Source of the DNA: Candidatus Latescibacterota bacterium
GTDB lineage: Bacteria > Latescibacterota > UBA2968 > GCA-2709665
Direction: 5' to 3'
NCBI GenBank assembly: GCA_965222075.1
Contig: OZ244937.1
Span: forward strand, 2,240,001-2,304,000
Length of the DNA stretch: 64,000 nucleotides
Position 1 is the stretch's first letter; each line of letters opens with the position of its first letter. Of this stretch, positions 22,208 to 32,245 are shown one piece after another. The notes beneath the pieces are model-generated. The model saw only the letters and a list, made by a program, of their open reading frames with translations. It searched no databases and was not told where the DNA came from. Made by a program: the position numbers and the translations under genes.

Positions 22208-22236
22208 TTGACAGGAAACGTCGATCACGGTATCAT
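22208..22236 (+). promoter_or_regulatory. sigma70 promoter
   Basis: TTGACA-N17-TATCAT. Confidence 0.65.
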
Positions 22237-22289
22237 TTGGAGGCAATAGGAGTTACCCAAGGAAGCCGGGTTCATCCGGAGGAGAGGGT

Positions 22290-23681
22290 ATGAAAAAGCA
22301 TGCGATCGTGTTATACGGGCTCTGCGCCCTCCTGCTGTTCGTCGCCGCCCATACCTGGTCTCAGGATTCGAGTGTCGCCGCCTCGGACTTCGACGGCAGC
22401 GGCACCGTGGACTTCAAAGATTTCGTCACCTTCGCCCGGGGATTCGGGAAAAGCAGCAGCGACCCGGACTTCGACGCACGCCTCGACCTGAACGGAAACG
22501 GCGCCGTCGACTTTGCAGACTTCGCCATCTTTGCCCGGAACTTCGGAAAATCGGTCTCACAGCCGGCCCGCACGCTCATCTACATCAGCGATCCGGACTT
22601 TCTGGACACGTTCGGGAAAATCGAGGTCTACGACGCCCAGACGAACCTGCTCGACCGGACCATTCTGGTGCCTCTCCCACAGGGGATGGCTTATTCGTCC
22701 ACCAACAGACAGCTCTACGTGACAAGCGCCGACACCTTCTACGCCTTCTCGGAATCTGATGTACGAGCCTTTACGATCCCTCTGAAAGACCCTTCCGAAG
22801 AACCCGAAGGCATACCGCAAAGCCGGGGAGGATCCAAAATCGCGTTATCAACCGACCATCGGTTTGCCTTTGTCAGCGAAAACCAGATCGGGCAGGTGGA
22901 AGTAATCGACCTTCAGCAGAAACAGCCGGTTGCCCAAATTCCTGTTGGCCCCAGGCCCAATCCGGACCAACTTTTCATTACCATGGGAATCGTCGCCACC
23001 CCGGACGGCAGTGAAGTCTATGTGGGGCATCTGGGAAACGCCATCGCTGTCATTGACGCAGTGGCGTTTAGCTTCAAAGACAGCATCGTCGTGGAAAATA
23101 TGGCGCGTCGTCGTCTCGCACTCTCTCCGAACGGAGACCGGCTCTACGTGCCCGGTTTCCAAATCGTTCCCACGCCCGGAAGCGCCGACTCCTCGGTGGT
23201 CGCACAGATCCTGGCGATCGATCCGGCGACGAGGGCCGTCGTGGACACCCTGCAGGTAGGCGACGCCTCCGATCCGGGCAGCTACGTGGGGGATCTGGCA
23301 ACATCGAAAGACGGCGCATTCCTGTACGCAACCCTGACCTGGGAATTCGAAGCCTTCAGCCCTCAGTTCGACTTAACAAGAACGCAATATAAGGGAAAAG
23401 TAGTCATCGTAGGTACGGACTCCTTCAAAGTCGCAGGAAGTATTGAAATCCCGGATGCGGACGTGCTGTTCAACCTCGGCGTTTCTCCGGATGGGAAAAC
23501 CGCCTATGTAGCGGGCAAGGAAGCCCCCTTTGAGCCTGCCGCCCAGGTCTTCATCCTGGACCTGGAAGCCCGGCAGTACGTCGGGCCGCTTCGAGGATTC
23601 ACCGCCCCAACCGACATCAAGTTCCGGTCGGGAAAACCGGTTCTGCGTCCTACCGTGCTTCCGGAGATCATCGTATTCTGA
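22290..23681 (+). CDS. secreted protein: dockerin-like double EF-hand + YncE/YVTN beta-propeller
   Basis: signal peptide; DFDGSGTVDFKDF/DLNGNGAVDFADF; repeated SPDG-x-x-YV blades. Confidence 0.8.
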   Translation: MKKHAIVLYGLCALLLFVAAHTWSQDSSVAASDFDGSGTVDFKDFVTFARGFGKSSSDPDFDARLDLNGNGAVDFADFAIFARNFGKSVSQPARTLIYISDPDFLDTFGKIEVYDAQTNLLDRTILVPLPQGMAYSSTNRQLYVTSADTFYAFSESDVRAFTIPLKDPSEEPEGIPQSRGGSKIALSTDHRFAFVSENQIGQVEVIDLQQKQPVAQIPVGPRPNPDQLFITMGIVATPDGSEVYVGHLGNAIAVIDAVAFSFKDSIVVENMARRRLALSPNGDRLYVPGFQIVPTPGSADSSVVAQILAIDPATRAVVDTLQVGDASDPGSYVGDLATSKDGAFLYATLTWEFEAFSPQFDLTRTQYKGKVVIVGTDSFKVAGSIEIPDADVLFNLGVSPDGKTAYVAGKEAPFEPAAQVFILDLEARQYVGPLRGFTAPTDIKFRSGKPVLRPTVLPEIIVF

Positions 23682-23700
23682 TTCACCGCAGAGACGCGGT
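23681..23700 (+). repeat. ATTCACCGCAGAGACGC-type intergenic repeat
   Basis: related copies start at stop codons at 33610-33640 and, truncated, at 31339-31347. Confidence 0.5.
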
Positions 23701-23853
23701 GTATCCCTCCCGGTACCAGACCTAACCGCAAAAAAAGTGTTGCACATATATCTCCATTCCATTAAATTTTCTGATAGCCCTGTGTGATGACACAGGGATA
23801 CAGGGATACAGGGGTCAGGGGGAAATCATTCACCCATACCAGGTGAGGAGAGC

Positions 23854-24909
23854 ATGCTCGCAACCCTTTTGCTGGAACCCGGCCGGCTGGAACTGCGGGA
23901 CATCGAAATCCCCAAGGCCGGTCCGGGCGAAGTGGTCGTCAGGGTTCGGACGGCGCTGACCTGCGGCACCGACCTGAAGGCGTTCAGGCGGGGGCATCCC
24001 AAGATACGCATGCCCGGTCTGTTCGGGCACGAATTCTCCGGCGATATCCATGAAGTGGGCGAAGGCGTGAAGGCGTTCAAAATCGGGGATCAGGTTATGA
24101 CCGCCCCCACCGCCCCCTGCGGGGAATGCGTCTACTGTAAAAAGGGCCAGGAAAACCTCTGCAGCCTGGTGATGGACACCATGGTCTGGGGGGCCTACGC
24201 GGAATACGTCCGGGTGCCGGCGCACATCGTCAAGAACAACATGTTCAAAAAACCCAAGCACCTCTCCTACGGCGAAGCCGCCATGCTGGAGCCACTCTCC
24301 TGTGTTGTCTACGGCATGGACCAGGTGGATATGCAGCCGGACGACACCGTCCTCATCATCGGCGCCGGAGCCATTGGGCTGATGCACATCATGGTCGCCC
24401 GCATCCTTGGCGCCGGGCGGATTATTGTTGCGGGCCACCGGGAGCACAGGGTGAAACTCGCCACCGCCCTTGGCGCCGACGCCGTCATCGATGCCGAGAG
24501 CGAAAGCACCATCGAGCGCGTCAAAGAACTCACCGACGGCATCGGTGCGGACCTGGTCATCGAATGCACCGGCCAGCTCGCCGTCTGGGAGAGTACGCCG
24601 GACCTCGTCCGGAAAGGGGGCACGGTCGTCCTCTTCGGCGGCCTCCCCAAGGGCACCCGCGCCACCTTTGACACCACCCGGCTGCACTACGACCAGATCA
24701 CCCTTAAAGGCGTCTTCCACTACAGCCGCAGCGCCGTTAAAAAGGCCTACCGGCTCCTCGCGGAAAAAAAGATCCAGGTCAACGGCCTCATCTCGGGCAC
24801 CTACTCTCTCTCGGACCTCAAACAGGTCTTCGATCTCCTCACGAAAAAAGGGAACGACGTCAAACTCGCCGTCGTTCCAACCGAACCCAACCCGGGCAAA
24901 GCAGGATGA
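23854..24909 (+). CDS. zinc-dependent medium-chain dehydrogenase (sorbitol/threonine DH-like)
   Basis: CGTD, GHE, C-x2-C-x2-C-x7-C, GAGAIG motifs. Confidence 0.9.
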   Translation: MLATLLLEPGRLELRDIEIPKAGPGEVVVRVRTALTCGTDLKAFRRGHPKIRMPGLFGHEFSGDIHEVGEGVKAFKIGDQVMTAPTAPCGECVYCKKGQENLCSLVMDTMVWGAYAEYVRVPAHIVKNNMFKKPKHLSYGEAAMLEPLSCVVYGMDQVDMQPDDTVLIIGAGAIGLMHIMVARILGAGRIIVAGHREHRVKLATALGADAVIDAESESTIERVKELTDGIGADLVIECTGQLAVWESTPDLVRKGGTVVLFGGLPKGTRATFDTTRLHYDQITLKGVFHYSRSAVKKAYRLLAEKKIQVNGLISGTYSLSDLKQVFDLLTKKGNDVKLAVVPTEPNPGKAG

Positions 24910-24920
24910 GGCCTTAGCGG

Positions 24921-25958
24921 ATGCGCGTCGCCCGCCTCTACGACTTTGGAGACATTCGCATCGAAGAAGCGCCCGTTCCCAGGATCGGGCCGGGCGATGC
25001 CCTCGTCAAAATGGCGGTCTGCGGCATCTGCACCAGCGACACCCTTCCCTGGTACGTCCGCCGAAAAGCCCCCACCGTACTCGGGCACGAACCCGCAGGA
25101 ACCCTCATAGAGGTCGGGGCCGATGTCCGGGGATTTGCCCCGGGAGACCGGGTCTTCATCCACCACCACGCCCCCTGCATGGTCTGCCGCCTCTGCCGGG
25201 TGGGGCATTATTCAATGTGCCCCACCTGGAAGGCTTCCGCTCTCGATCCGGGGGGCCTTGCAGACTACGTCCGCGTTCCCGCCCTCAACCTTCGGATCGA
25301 CTCGATCTGCCTGCCCGATGCCCTCTCCTTTGAAGACGGCGCGCTCGTAGAACCCACCGCCTGCGCCGTACAGGCCCTCAAACGGCGCGCGCGCATGCAG
25401 CATGGCGACCGGGTGCTCATCATCGGCATGGGCATTATGGGGCAGATCCTCGCCCTGGTTGCCCGCCACTACGGCGCCCGCACCCTCATCGCCGCCGACA
25501 TGGTCCCCTACCGCCTGCGGGTTGCCTTCGACCTGGGCGCCGATATGGCCGTAGACGTCTCCCGGGAAGACCTGGCCGAATCTGTGGCTGTTGCTACGGA
25601 AAATGAAATGGCCGACCTCGTCGTGGTCGGCCCCGGCACCCTCCCCGCCATCCAGTCGGGCCTCGCCTGCACCGGCACAGGCGGCACCCTTCTCCTCTTC
25701 ACCCCAACCGAACCCGGCCAGACCCTTCCGATCAGCCCCTACGACTTCTACACCAAAGACATCACGCTCATCACCAGCTACTCCTGCGGCCCTCCCGACA
25801 CCCGAGAAGCCCTGGACATCATCGCACTGGGCGTCGTCACCGCAGAAAAACTCGTCACCCACCGCTTCCCCCTCGAAGAGGCCGCCGCCGGCTTCAAAAC
25901 CGTGGCAGAGGCGAAGGACTCCATCAAAACCCTCATCATCTTTGACGAAGAAATGTAG
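24921..25958 (+). CDS. zinc-dependent medium-chain dehydrogenase, second paralog
   Basis: CTSD, GHE, C-x2-C-x2-C-x7-C, GMGIMG motifs. Confidence 0.9.
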   Translation: MRVARLYDFGDIRIEEAPVPRIGPGDALVKMAVCGICTSDTLPWYVRRKAPTVLGHEPAGTLIEVGADVRGFAPGDRVFIHHHAPCMVCRLCRVGHYSMCPTWKASALDPGGLADYVRVPALNLRIDSICLPDALSFEDGALVEPTACAVQALKRRARMQHGDRVLIIGMGIMGQILALVARHYGARTLIAADMVPYRLRVAFDLGADMAVDVSREDLAESVAVATENEMADLVVVGPGTLPAIQSGLACTGTGGTLLLFTPTEPGQTLPISPYDFYTKDITLITSYSCGPPDTREALDIIALGVVTAEKLVTHRFPLEEAAAGFKTVAEAKDSIKTLIIFDEEM

Positions 25959-25969
25959 AGACACCGTAC

Positions 25970-25989
25970 GGGCACGGCATGCCGTGCCC
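25970..25989. repeat. REP-like perfect palindrome GGGCACGGCATGCCGTGCCC
   Basis: 20-bp palindrome preceded by GTAC; second copy at 30202-30225. Confidence 0.75.
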
Positions 25990-26017
25990 ATCAATCCTAC
26001 CAGACAAGGAGACACCT

Positions 26018-26206
26018 ATGCCCTTTGTCACCGTCAAAATGCTCAAAGGCCGCACCGCAGACCAGAAAAGAGAACTGGTTAAAACCATCACAGACGCCAT
26101 GGCCACCATCTGCAACGCCAAGCCCGAAGGCACCATGGTCGTTATCGAAGAAATTGCCCGCGACCACTGGGCCCGGGGCGGTGTCCTGATCTCGGAACGG
26201 GAATAA
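26018..26206 (+). CDS. 4-oxalocrotonate tautomerase family protein
   Basis: MPFVTVKMLKGRTADQK with catalytic Pro-1, WARGG; AAGGAG RBS. Confidence 0.92.
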   Translation: MPFVTVKMLKGRTADQKRELVKTITDAMATICNAKPEGTMVVIEEIARDHWARGGVLISERE

Positions 26207-26387
26207 ACAGGCTTCCACGATTGGAGAGATCACCGTGTCAGACGCCTGCATCTTCACCATACCCCAATCCACCTTCCACGCCGACCCTCTCAACGCGGTC
26301 CCGGTGGAACCATCCCATCTGTGGAAAGTCTAAAAATAGAGGGCTTATGGTGGACCGTGGAAAGGGCTCGCAACGATGGTTTGAGAC

Positions 26388-26416
26388 TTGACAGAAACAG
26401 CCCGGCGAACTATATT
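26388..26416 (+). promoter_or_regulatory. sigma70 promoter
   Basis: TTGACA-N17-TATATT. Confidence 0.6.
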
Positions 26417-26468
26417 GACACCATCCCTTGGGAATCAATCATAGAATTAGAATTTATAATGGAAAGGA

Positions 26469-27713
26469 GTGCGTGTGATGAGACCTGTTTTATCCCATCG
26501 ATCGGTCCGGTGGCCGGGTGTCACCGCCATACTGCTGGTTGTTGCCCTGGGGGCGCTGAGCGTGGGCACGGACACCGCCGTCGCTCAGGGGCAGAAAAAG
26601 AAGGTGTCCAAAGGGGACGCCGCCGTTGCCAAGCGATCGGGCAAATCCTATATGAAACTCCGGCTGTTCGACAAGGCCATTGAGCAGTTCGAAATCGCCA
26701 TAGAAGGCAATCCCAAAGATGTGGAATCCCAGTACTGGCTCGGCTTTCTCTACTCGAACAGGGGCCTCGTCGAAGAAATGGTCCAGCAGTTCGACAAGGT
26801 TCGCGCGTTAAAGAAGGGCGAAAAATACAAGAAAGACATGCAACAGATGCGGAACAGCTGGTGGACGCGCAAATTCAACACCGGCATAAACGCGATGAAG
26901 ACCCAGGACTTCAGCGAAGCGATCGAGGAATTTCAACTCGCCGAAACGATCATGCCCGAACGGGCGGACACCTATAAAGGGATCGGCCTGTGCTACCTGA
27001 ACATGGGACAGCACGAGGCCGGGATTGAATCCTACCTCAAAGCCATCGAACTGGACAGCACCGACGCCATGGTCCGGTACAACCTGGGAATCGCCTACTT
27101 GAACATCAATGAGCTCGAAAGTGCGAGACAGACCCTCCTCAAAGCCCATAAACTGGACCCGGAGGACCTGAACGCCCTGGAAAAACTGGCCCTCGCGGAG
27201 CAACGCATGGGCAATCCGGAAGGCGCGCTTCATGCCGCCGAAAAGGCCTTGAAGATCGACCCCGACAAGCTCGAGGTCCTGAGCATGGCGGGGCAGATCT
27301 ACCTGATGGGCGACGATTATGCCCGGGCGGCCGAACTTATGGAGAAGGTTGTGGCCCAACAGCCGGACAACGCCGCAGTCCTCTTCAACCTGGGGGCGGC
27401 ATACAAGGCCCTCAAACAGCACGACAAGGCAATAACCCAGTTCCTGAAAACCGTAGAAGTCACTCCCAACGATACCGACGCCTGGTACCAGCTGGGGCTC
27501 ATTTACGACCATCAGGAGGACCTTGACAGCGCCATTGCGTCCTTCGAGAAGGTGGTGGACTTGAAGCCGGGGAACGCGAAGGCCTGGGCAGCGCTCGCGC
27601 GCGCGTATGCGAGAAAGTCAAATACGACTTCAGGAGCGGAGGCGAAGGAGCTTGTGCGCAAGTCCAATGAAGCCGGTGCGATGTACCAGAGCCTGCTGGA
27701 TCAGGGGTCTTAA
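26469..27713 (+). CDS. secreted tetratricopeptide repeat protein
   Basis: signal peptide; many A-x-x-x-P..A.Y.LG TPR units. Confidence 0.85.
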   Translation: MRVMRPVLSHRSVRWPGVTAILLVVALGALSVGTDTAVAQGQKKKVSKGDAAVAKRSGKSYMKLRLFDKAIEQFEIAIEGNPKDVESQYWLGFLYSNRGLVEEMVQQFDKVRALKKGEKYKKDMQQMRNSWWTRKFNTGINAMKTQDFSEAIEEFQLAETIMPERADTYKGIGLCYLNMGQHEAGIESYLKAIELDSTDAMVRYNLGIAYLNINELESARQTLLKAHKLDPEDLNALEKLALAEQRMGNPEGALHAAEKALKIDPDKLEVLSMAGQIYLMGDDYARAAELMEKVVAQQPDNAAVLFNLGAAYKALKQHDKAITQFLKTVEVTPNDTDAWYQLGLIYDHQEDLDSAIASFEKVVDLKPGNAKAWAALARAYARKSNTTSGAEAKELVRKSNEAGAMYQSLLDQGS

Positions 27714-27778
27714 CAGGGGCAGGCGGTCGTGCCTCCTGATTTGAACCCTGCCGGCAAACCGATAAAACGGAGCATCCT

Positions 27779-28789
27779 ATGTACCTGACGGACGAAAAAG
27801 TAGCGGTCCTGGGAGCAGCCGGCGCCATCGGCTCCAACCTCGTCCAGGCCCTGCTCGCCTCCGGAACCGCAAACCGCATCGCCATGTACGACCCCTTTGA
27901 AAAGGGGCTGGAGGGAGCTGCCGAGGAGATCTACCACTGTGCTTTTCCCGAGGCCGACGTTACCTGGACCGTCGAAGTCGGAGAGGCCCTCACAGACGCG
28001 GCTTACATCATCACCTCCGGCGGCGCGCCCAGAAGAGAGGGGATGACGCGGGAAGACCTCACCCGGGACAACGCCCGGATCGCCCAGCAGCTTGGACGCG
28101 ACATCAAGCAGCACTGCCCGAAATGCAAATTTGTCCTCGTCATCTTCAACCCCGCCGACATCACCGGCCTCATAGCGCTGGTCCACTCCGGGCTGCCGCC
28201 GGGCAGGGTCTCTACCCTGGCCGGCTTAGACAGCACCCGTTTGCAGTCGGCCCTTGCCCAGCACTTCAACGTTCGCCAGAGCCGCGTCACCGGCTGCAAA
28301 ACCTACGGCGGGCACGGGGAACAGATGGCCGTCTTCAAAGGCGGCACGCAGGTAGACGGCGTCCTCTTGGAAGAAATCCTGAACGGAAAAACCGCCAACG
28401 GCATCGGCATGACCCCGGATGAGTGGACAGGCATCCAGGACCAGGTGCGCAGGGGAGGCGCCAGGATTATCGAGCTTCGCGGCCGGTCCTCCTTCCAGTC
28501 GCCTGCCCAGCAGAGCGTCTTCATGCTCCGTGGCGTGCTCGGACAGCCCTACGAATGGCCGTGCGGGGCCTACGTAGACGGAGAGGGATTCAACCACATC
28601 ATGATGGCCATGCCGACAACCCTCTCCTCAGAGGGCGTCTCCTGGAGCATGCCCGAGGCAACCCCTGAAGACCTCCAGTCCCTCAGGGACTCTTACAAGC
28701 ACCTGGTCGCCCTCCGCGATCAGATCGTTGCCGACGGCATCCTGCCCCCCCTCTCCCAGTGGAAAGAGAGCAACCCGAACCTGGACTGA
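27779..28789 (+). CDS. mdh: malate dehydrogenase
   Basis: GAAGAIG, GAPRREGMTREDL, FNPAD, LDSTR, YGGHGE, GRSS motifs. Confidence 0.92.
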   Translation: MYLTDEKVAVLGAAGAIGSNLVQALLASGTANRIAMYDPFEKGLEGAAEEIYHCAFPEADVTWTVEVGEALTDAAYIITSGGAPRREGMTREDLTRDNARIAQQLGRDIKQHCPKCKFVLVIFNPADITGLIALVHSGLPPGRVSTLAGLDSTRLQSALAQHFNVRQSRVTGCKTYGGHGEQMAVFKGGTQVDGVLLEEILNGKTANGIGMTPDEWTGIQDQVRRGGARIIELRGRSSFQSPAQQSVFMLRGVLGQPYEWPCGAYVDGEGFNHIMMAMPTTLSSEGVSWSMPEATPEDLQSLRDSYKHLVALRDQIVADGILPPLSQWKESNPNLD

Positions 28790-28859
28790 GGGAATCGAAC
28801 CGGAGGATCAGGGGTGGGAGACGATCCTGTGAGCCGTCTCGGGTAGGGAGAAAACCATG

Positions 28860-28898
28860 GGTGGGGCAGGCCGAACGCTTGCTTCCACCTCTTTTTTT
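28860..28898 (+). terminator. intrinsic terminator after mdh
   Basis: GGTGGGGCAGGC/GCTTGCTTCCACC stem followed by T7. Confidence 0.65.
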
Positions 28899-29042
28899 AC
28901 ATACTTTGCGCACAGCCCTTCCTGCAAAACGTGATTTCAACAGCACCATGCGACAGGGTCCTGCACCGATCGTACCTCAAGTAGGGCGCCAGGGCCTTCC
29001 ATAAGGCCGGATTCGAGATTTTTTCACAGGAGTCAAGCTGCA

Positions 29043-30194
29043 ATGCAACCCCAATACGACCTCCTCATCCGGGGCGGCACCCTCATCGATCCCGCTCAGG
29101 GCCTGCACGCCGTGCGGGACATCGCCATCTCGGGAGACCGCATCGCCGCTGTGGCGGACGAAATCTTCGAGGAAGAGGCACAGACCGTCATCGATGCCTC
29201 GGGCAAGCTGGTCACGCCGGGGCTGATCGACCTCCACGTCCACGTCTGGTGGGGCGTCTCACACTACGGCATCGAACCCGATTCGACCTGTGTGGCCCGG
29301 GGGGTCACAACCGCCTTCGACGCCGGTTCGGCGGGGGCGGATACCTTTCCCGGGTTCAAGAAATACGTCATCGACGTGAGCGCCACACAGATCAAGGCCT
29401 TCCTGCATCTCTCCTCTCAGGGCATGTTATCCGCAGACATCGGAGAGCTCACCGACCTCCGCTACGCCGACGTCAACCGCGCCGTCCGGATGTGTGAGAC
29501 CTACAAGGACGACATCGTCGGCGTCAAAATCCGGATGACCAGGAATCTCGTGGGAGAGAATGGGGAGGAAGGCCTTAAACGGGCGCGTGAGGTCTGCGAG
29601 GCCACCGGCCTGCCCCTTATGCTCCACCCCAACGCCAGCCCCTTGAGCCTGGCGGACATGCTCGCCCGGATGCGTTCCGGAGACATCCTCACCCACTGCT
29701 TCCACAAAAGCGACACCGGCATCTTAGACGACGGCGGAACCCTCCGCCCCGAGGCCCGAAAAGCCGTTGAAGAGGGCATCCTCCTCGATGTGGGACACGG
29801 CGCCGGGAGCTTCGCCTTCGACGTTGCTGAAGCCGCGCTTGCGCAGGAGACGCCACCCGGCACCATCTCCAGCGACCTCCATATCTACAACCTGCACGGC
29901 CCCGTCTACAACCTGCTCACCTGCGTCTCCAAATTCCTCCTCCTGGGCCTCTCGCTGGACGATGCCCTCGAAAAGGTCACCGCCGCGCCCGCCCGGGCCA
30001 TGGGCATGCTCGGCGAAATCGGCACCCTCCAGCCGGGCACCCTGGCCGACCTGGCCATTCTGGAACTCAGCACCGGATCCTTCACCTTCACCGACTCGAA
30101 AAAGCAGACCCGTCAGGGGGAACAAAAACTCGATCCCATCTCCACCATCAGAGCCGGCCGGCTTTATGACCCGTCGGCCTTCGACTATCAATGA
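29043..30194 (+). CDS. amidohydrolase/deacetylase family metallohydrolase (dihydroorotase-like)
   Basis: PGLIDLHVH, DAGSAG, GVKIR, THC, DVGHGAGSF, ISSDLH motifs. Confidence 0.88.
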   Translation: MQPQYDLLIRGGTLIDPAQGLHAVRDIAISGDRIAAVADEIFEEEAQTVIDASGKLVTPGLIDLHVHVWWGVSHYGIEPDSTCVARGVTTAFDAGSAGADTFPGFKKYVIDVSATQIKAFLHLSSQGMLSADIGELTDLRYADVNRAVRMCETYKDDIVGVKIRMTRNLVGENGEEGLKRAREVCEATGLPLMLHPNASPLSLADMLARMRSGDILTHCFHKSDTGILDDGGTLRPEARKAVEEGILLDVGHGAGSFAFDVAEAALAQETPPGTISSDLHIYNLHGPVYNLLTCVSKFLLLGLSLDDALEKVTAAPARAMGMLGEIGTLQPGTLADLAILELSTGSFTFTDSKKQTRQGEQKLDPISTIRAGRLYDPSAFDYQ

Positions 30195-30201
30195 GACCCC
30201 C

Positions 30202-30225
30202 AGGGGCACGGCATGCCGTGCCCCT
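30202..30225. repeat. REP-like perfect palindrome AGGGGCACGGCATGCCGTGCCCCT
   Basis: 24-bp palindrome followed by TCTAC. Confidence 0.75.
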
Positions 30226-30241
30226 TCTACGGAGCCCGTGA

Positions 30242-31339
30242 ATGTTTCATTCCCCCGTTGGCATGGAAAAATGGGCGCTGGACACCCCGGCGCTGCTGCT
30301 CGACCTCGACCGCCTGGAAGCCAACATCGCCCGCATTGTCTCCCGCTGCCGAGAATGCGGAATTGCCTGGCGCCCCCACATCAAAGGCAACAAAACCCCT
30401 GCGATTGCGCACAAACTGCTCAGCGCCGGAGCCATCGGGATCACCTGCGCCAAACTGGGAGAGGCTGAAATCATGGCAGCAGCAGGCATCCGGGACATCC
30501 TGATTGCCAACCAGATCGTGGGAGACCTCAAAATCGCCCGCCTCGTCCACCTGCAGCGACACGCCGATGTCATGGTCGCCGTGGACCATCCCGTCCACAT
30601 CCAGGCCATCTCCGAGGCGGCCCAGGCGGTGGGCGTGGAGGTCCGGGTGCTCGTCGAGATCGACATCGGCATGCACCGCTGTGGGGTGCAGCCCGGCAGG
30701 CCGGCCCTGGAACTGGGTTATCAGGCCCACGCCGCCCCCGGGGTGCGCTTCGCCGGAATCATGGGCTATGAAGGGCATGCCATGATGCTTCCCGACGACG
30801 AAAAAAAGCCCGCCTGCGCCGAAGCCATCGGCCACCTCGCAGAAACCCGGACCCAACTTGAAGCCTCCGGCCTGGAGGTCGGCATCGTCAGCGCCGGGGG
30901 CACCGGCACCCTTGCTTTTACCCCTGCCTGCCCGGGCCTCACCGAAATCCAGGCGGGCGGCGGCATCATGATGGACACCCTGTACAGCGGCGGGATGTAC
31001 GTCGAAGGGCTTGAACACGCCCTGAGCGTCCTCACCACCGTCGTCAGCCACCCTGCCCCCGACCGCGCCTTCATCGACGCGGGGCGGAAAACCACGAACG
31101 CGGAATACAGCCTGCCCCGGGTCATGGAAAAAGCAGGCGTCACGGTCACCGCCCTCTCGGCCGAACACGGATACCTGAGGCTGGAAGGCCCCGGTACCTC
31201 GCTGCAGATCGGAGAAAAAATCGAACTGATCTCGGGCTACAGCGACCTGACCGTATGCCTGCACGACCGGCTCTATGGCATCCGGAACGACCGCGTCGAA
31301 GTCGTCTGGGACATTCTCGGCCGGGGTAAGCTGCAATAA
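30242..31339 (+). CDS. DSD1 family PLP-dependent enzyme (D-threonine aldolase/D-serine dehydratase-like)
   Basis: DTPALLLD, RPHIK, HRCGV, GYEGH, GGTGT, DAGRK, SAEHG motifs. Confidence 0.9.
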   Translation: MFHSPVGMEKWALDTPALLLDLDRLEANIARIVSRCRECGIAWRPHIKGNKTPAIAHKLLSAGAIGITCAKLGEAEIMAAAGIRDILIANQIVGDLKIARLVHLQRHADVMVAVDHPVHIQAISEAAQAVGVEVRVLVEIDIGMHRCGVQPGRPALELGYQAHAAPGVRFAGIMGYEGHAMMLPDDEKKPACAEAIGHLAETRTQLEASGLEVGIVSAGGTGTLAFTPACPGLTEIQAGGGIMMDTLYSGGMYVEGLEHALSVLTTVVSHPAPDRAFIDAGRKTTNAEYSLPRVMEKAGVTVTALSAEHGYLRLEGPGTSLQIGEKIELISGYSDLTVCLHDRLYGIRNDRVEVVWDILGRGKLQ

Positions 31340-31347
31340 TTCACCGC

Positions 31348-31878
31348 CGGGGTTTCGGGGGGAGCCGGCAGCCCTGGATGCGCACACAGGCGCTGCACAA
31401 CCGGGGGACGGCAGAGATCAGCCCGGAGGAGGCGACCGTCACGAATATCGAGCAGGCCCACGAAGCGATCGACGCGGAGTATAGTGTCGAACGGACCGGG
31501 GCCGACCGCTTTGTGGTGCGGAATATGACCCGGCAGGAGGTGGTCTACGACGGCCCTTACGGTATCGGACAGGATATCCCTGGCATTGCGGGGTTCAAGG
31601 TCCAGCTGGACGGGCTGCCCGGGGATAAGTTTCTGGAATACCGTGCACGAGGGGGTATCGGACAGGATATCCCTGGCATTGCGGGGTTCAAGGTCCAGCT
31701 GGACGGGCTGCCGGAGATCGGGGATAAGTTTCGGGTGCAGACGTGGGGAGTGGGTCCATTGGAATACACCGTGCACGAGGGGATGATCCTCTACCTGATC
31801 GCCCAGTTTATCGAGCTGGCCCTGAACAAGTGTTTGGCCGTCGGTGACGTACAGCGCACGGGGAACAAGATCTTTTGA
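31348..31878 (+). pseudogene. gene fragment with internal tandem duplication
   Basis: 59-bp exact repeat at 31561-31619/31654-31712; G-rich unlike flanks; no RBS or signal peptide. Confidence 0.55.
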
Positions 31879-31908
31879 GCGGGTGGCGGCGTTTTACAGT
31901 ATGGAGAA

Positions 31909-31939
31909 ACGGCAGTCTTTGGGACTGCCGTCTTTTTTT
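31909..31939 (+). terminator. intrinsic terminator
   Basis: ACGGCAGTC-TTTGG-GACTGCCGT then CTTTTTTT. Confidence 0.8.
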
Positions 31940-32245
31940 GGGGGATAAGGATGAAGGCAGAGATCGGAATAACTCCACTCACACCACGAAGGGAACCTGT
32001 TGTCAAATTTCACAGTTGTGCTCAAACAACACAGATCGGCATTCGGGAACTATGCGTATATCCCTACATTTATCAATAGATTAAACAAAATAAACTTTTG
32101 GCACAGTACTTGCAGGAACACAGTTACGATGCGCCTGCGGTGCCGCCGCACCACAATCAACCACAACAGCGGCTTCAGGGGCACCAGGCTCAAAACCCTG
32201 TAACAATGCTTAAATCACCCCCAATTCCGTTTCCGGAGCACCACC

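Noticed and set aside
31378-31878. Flagellar hook-associated (FlgK/FlgL-like) gene
   Set aside because: Only a vague beta-domain resemblance; no flagellar context or terminal helices.
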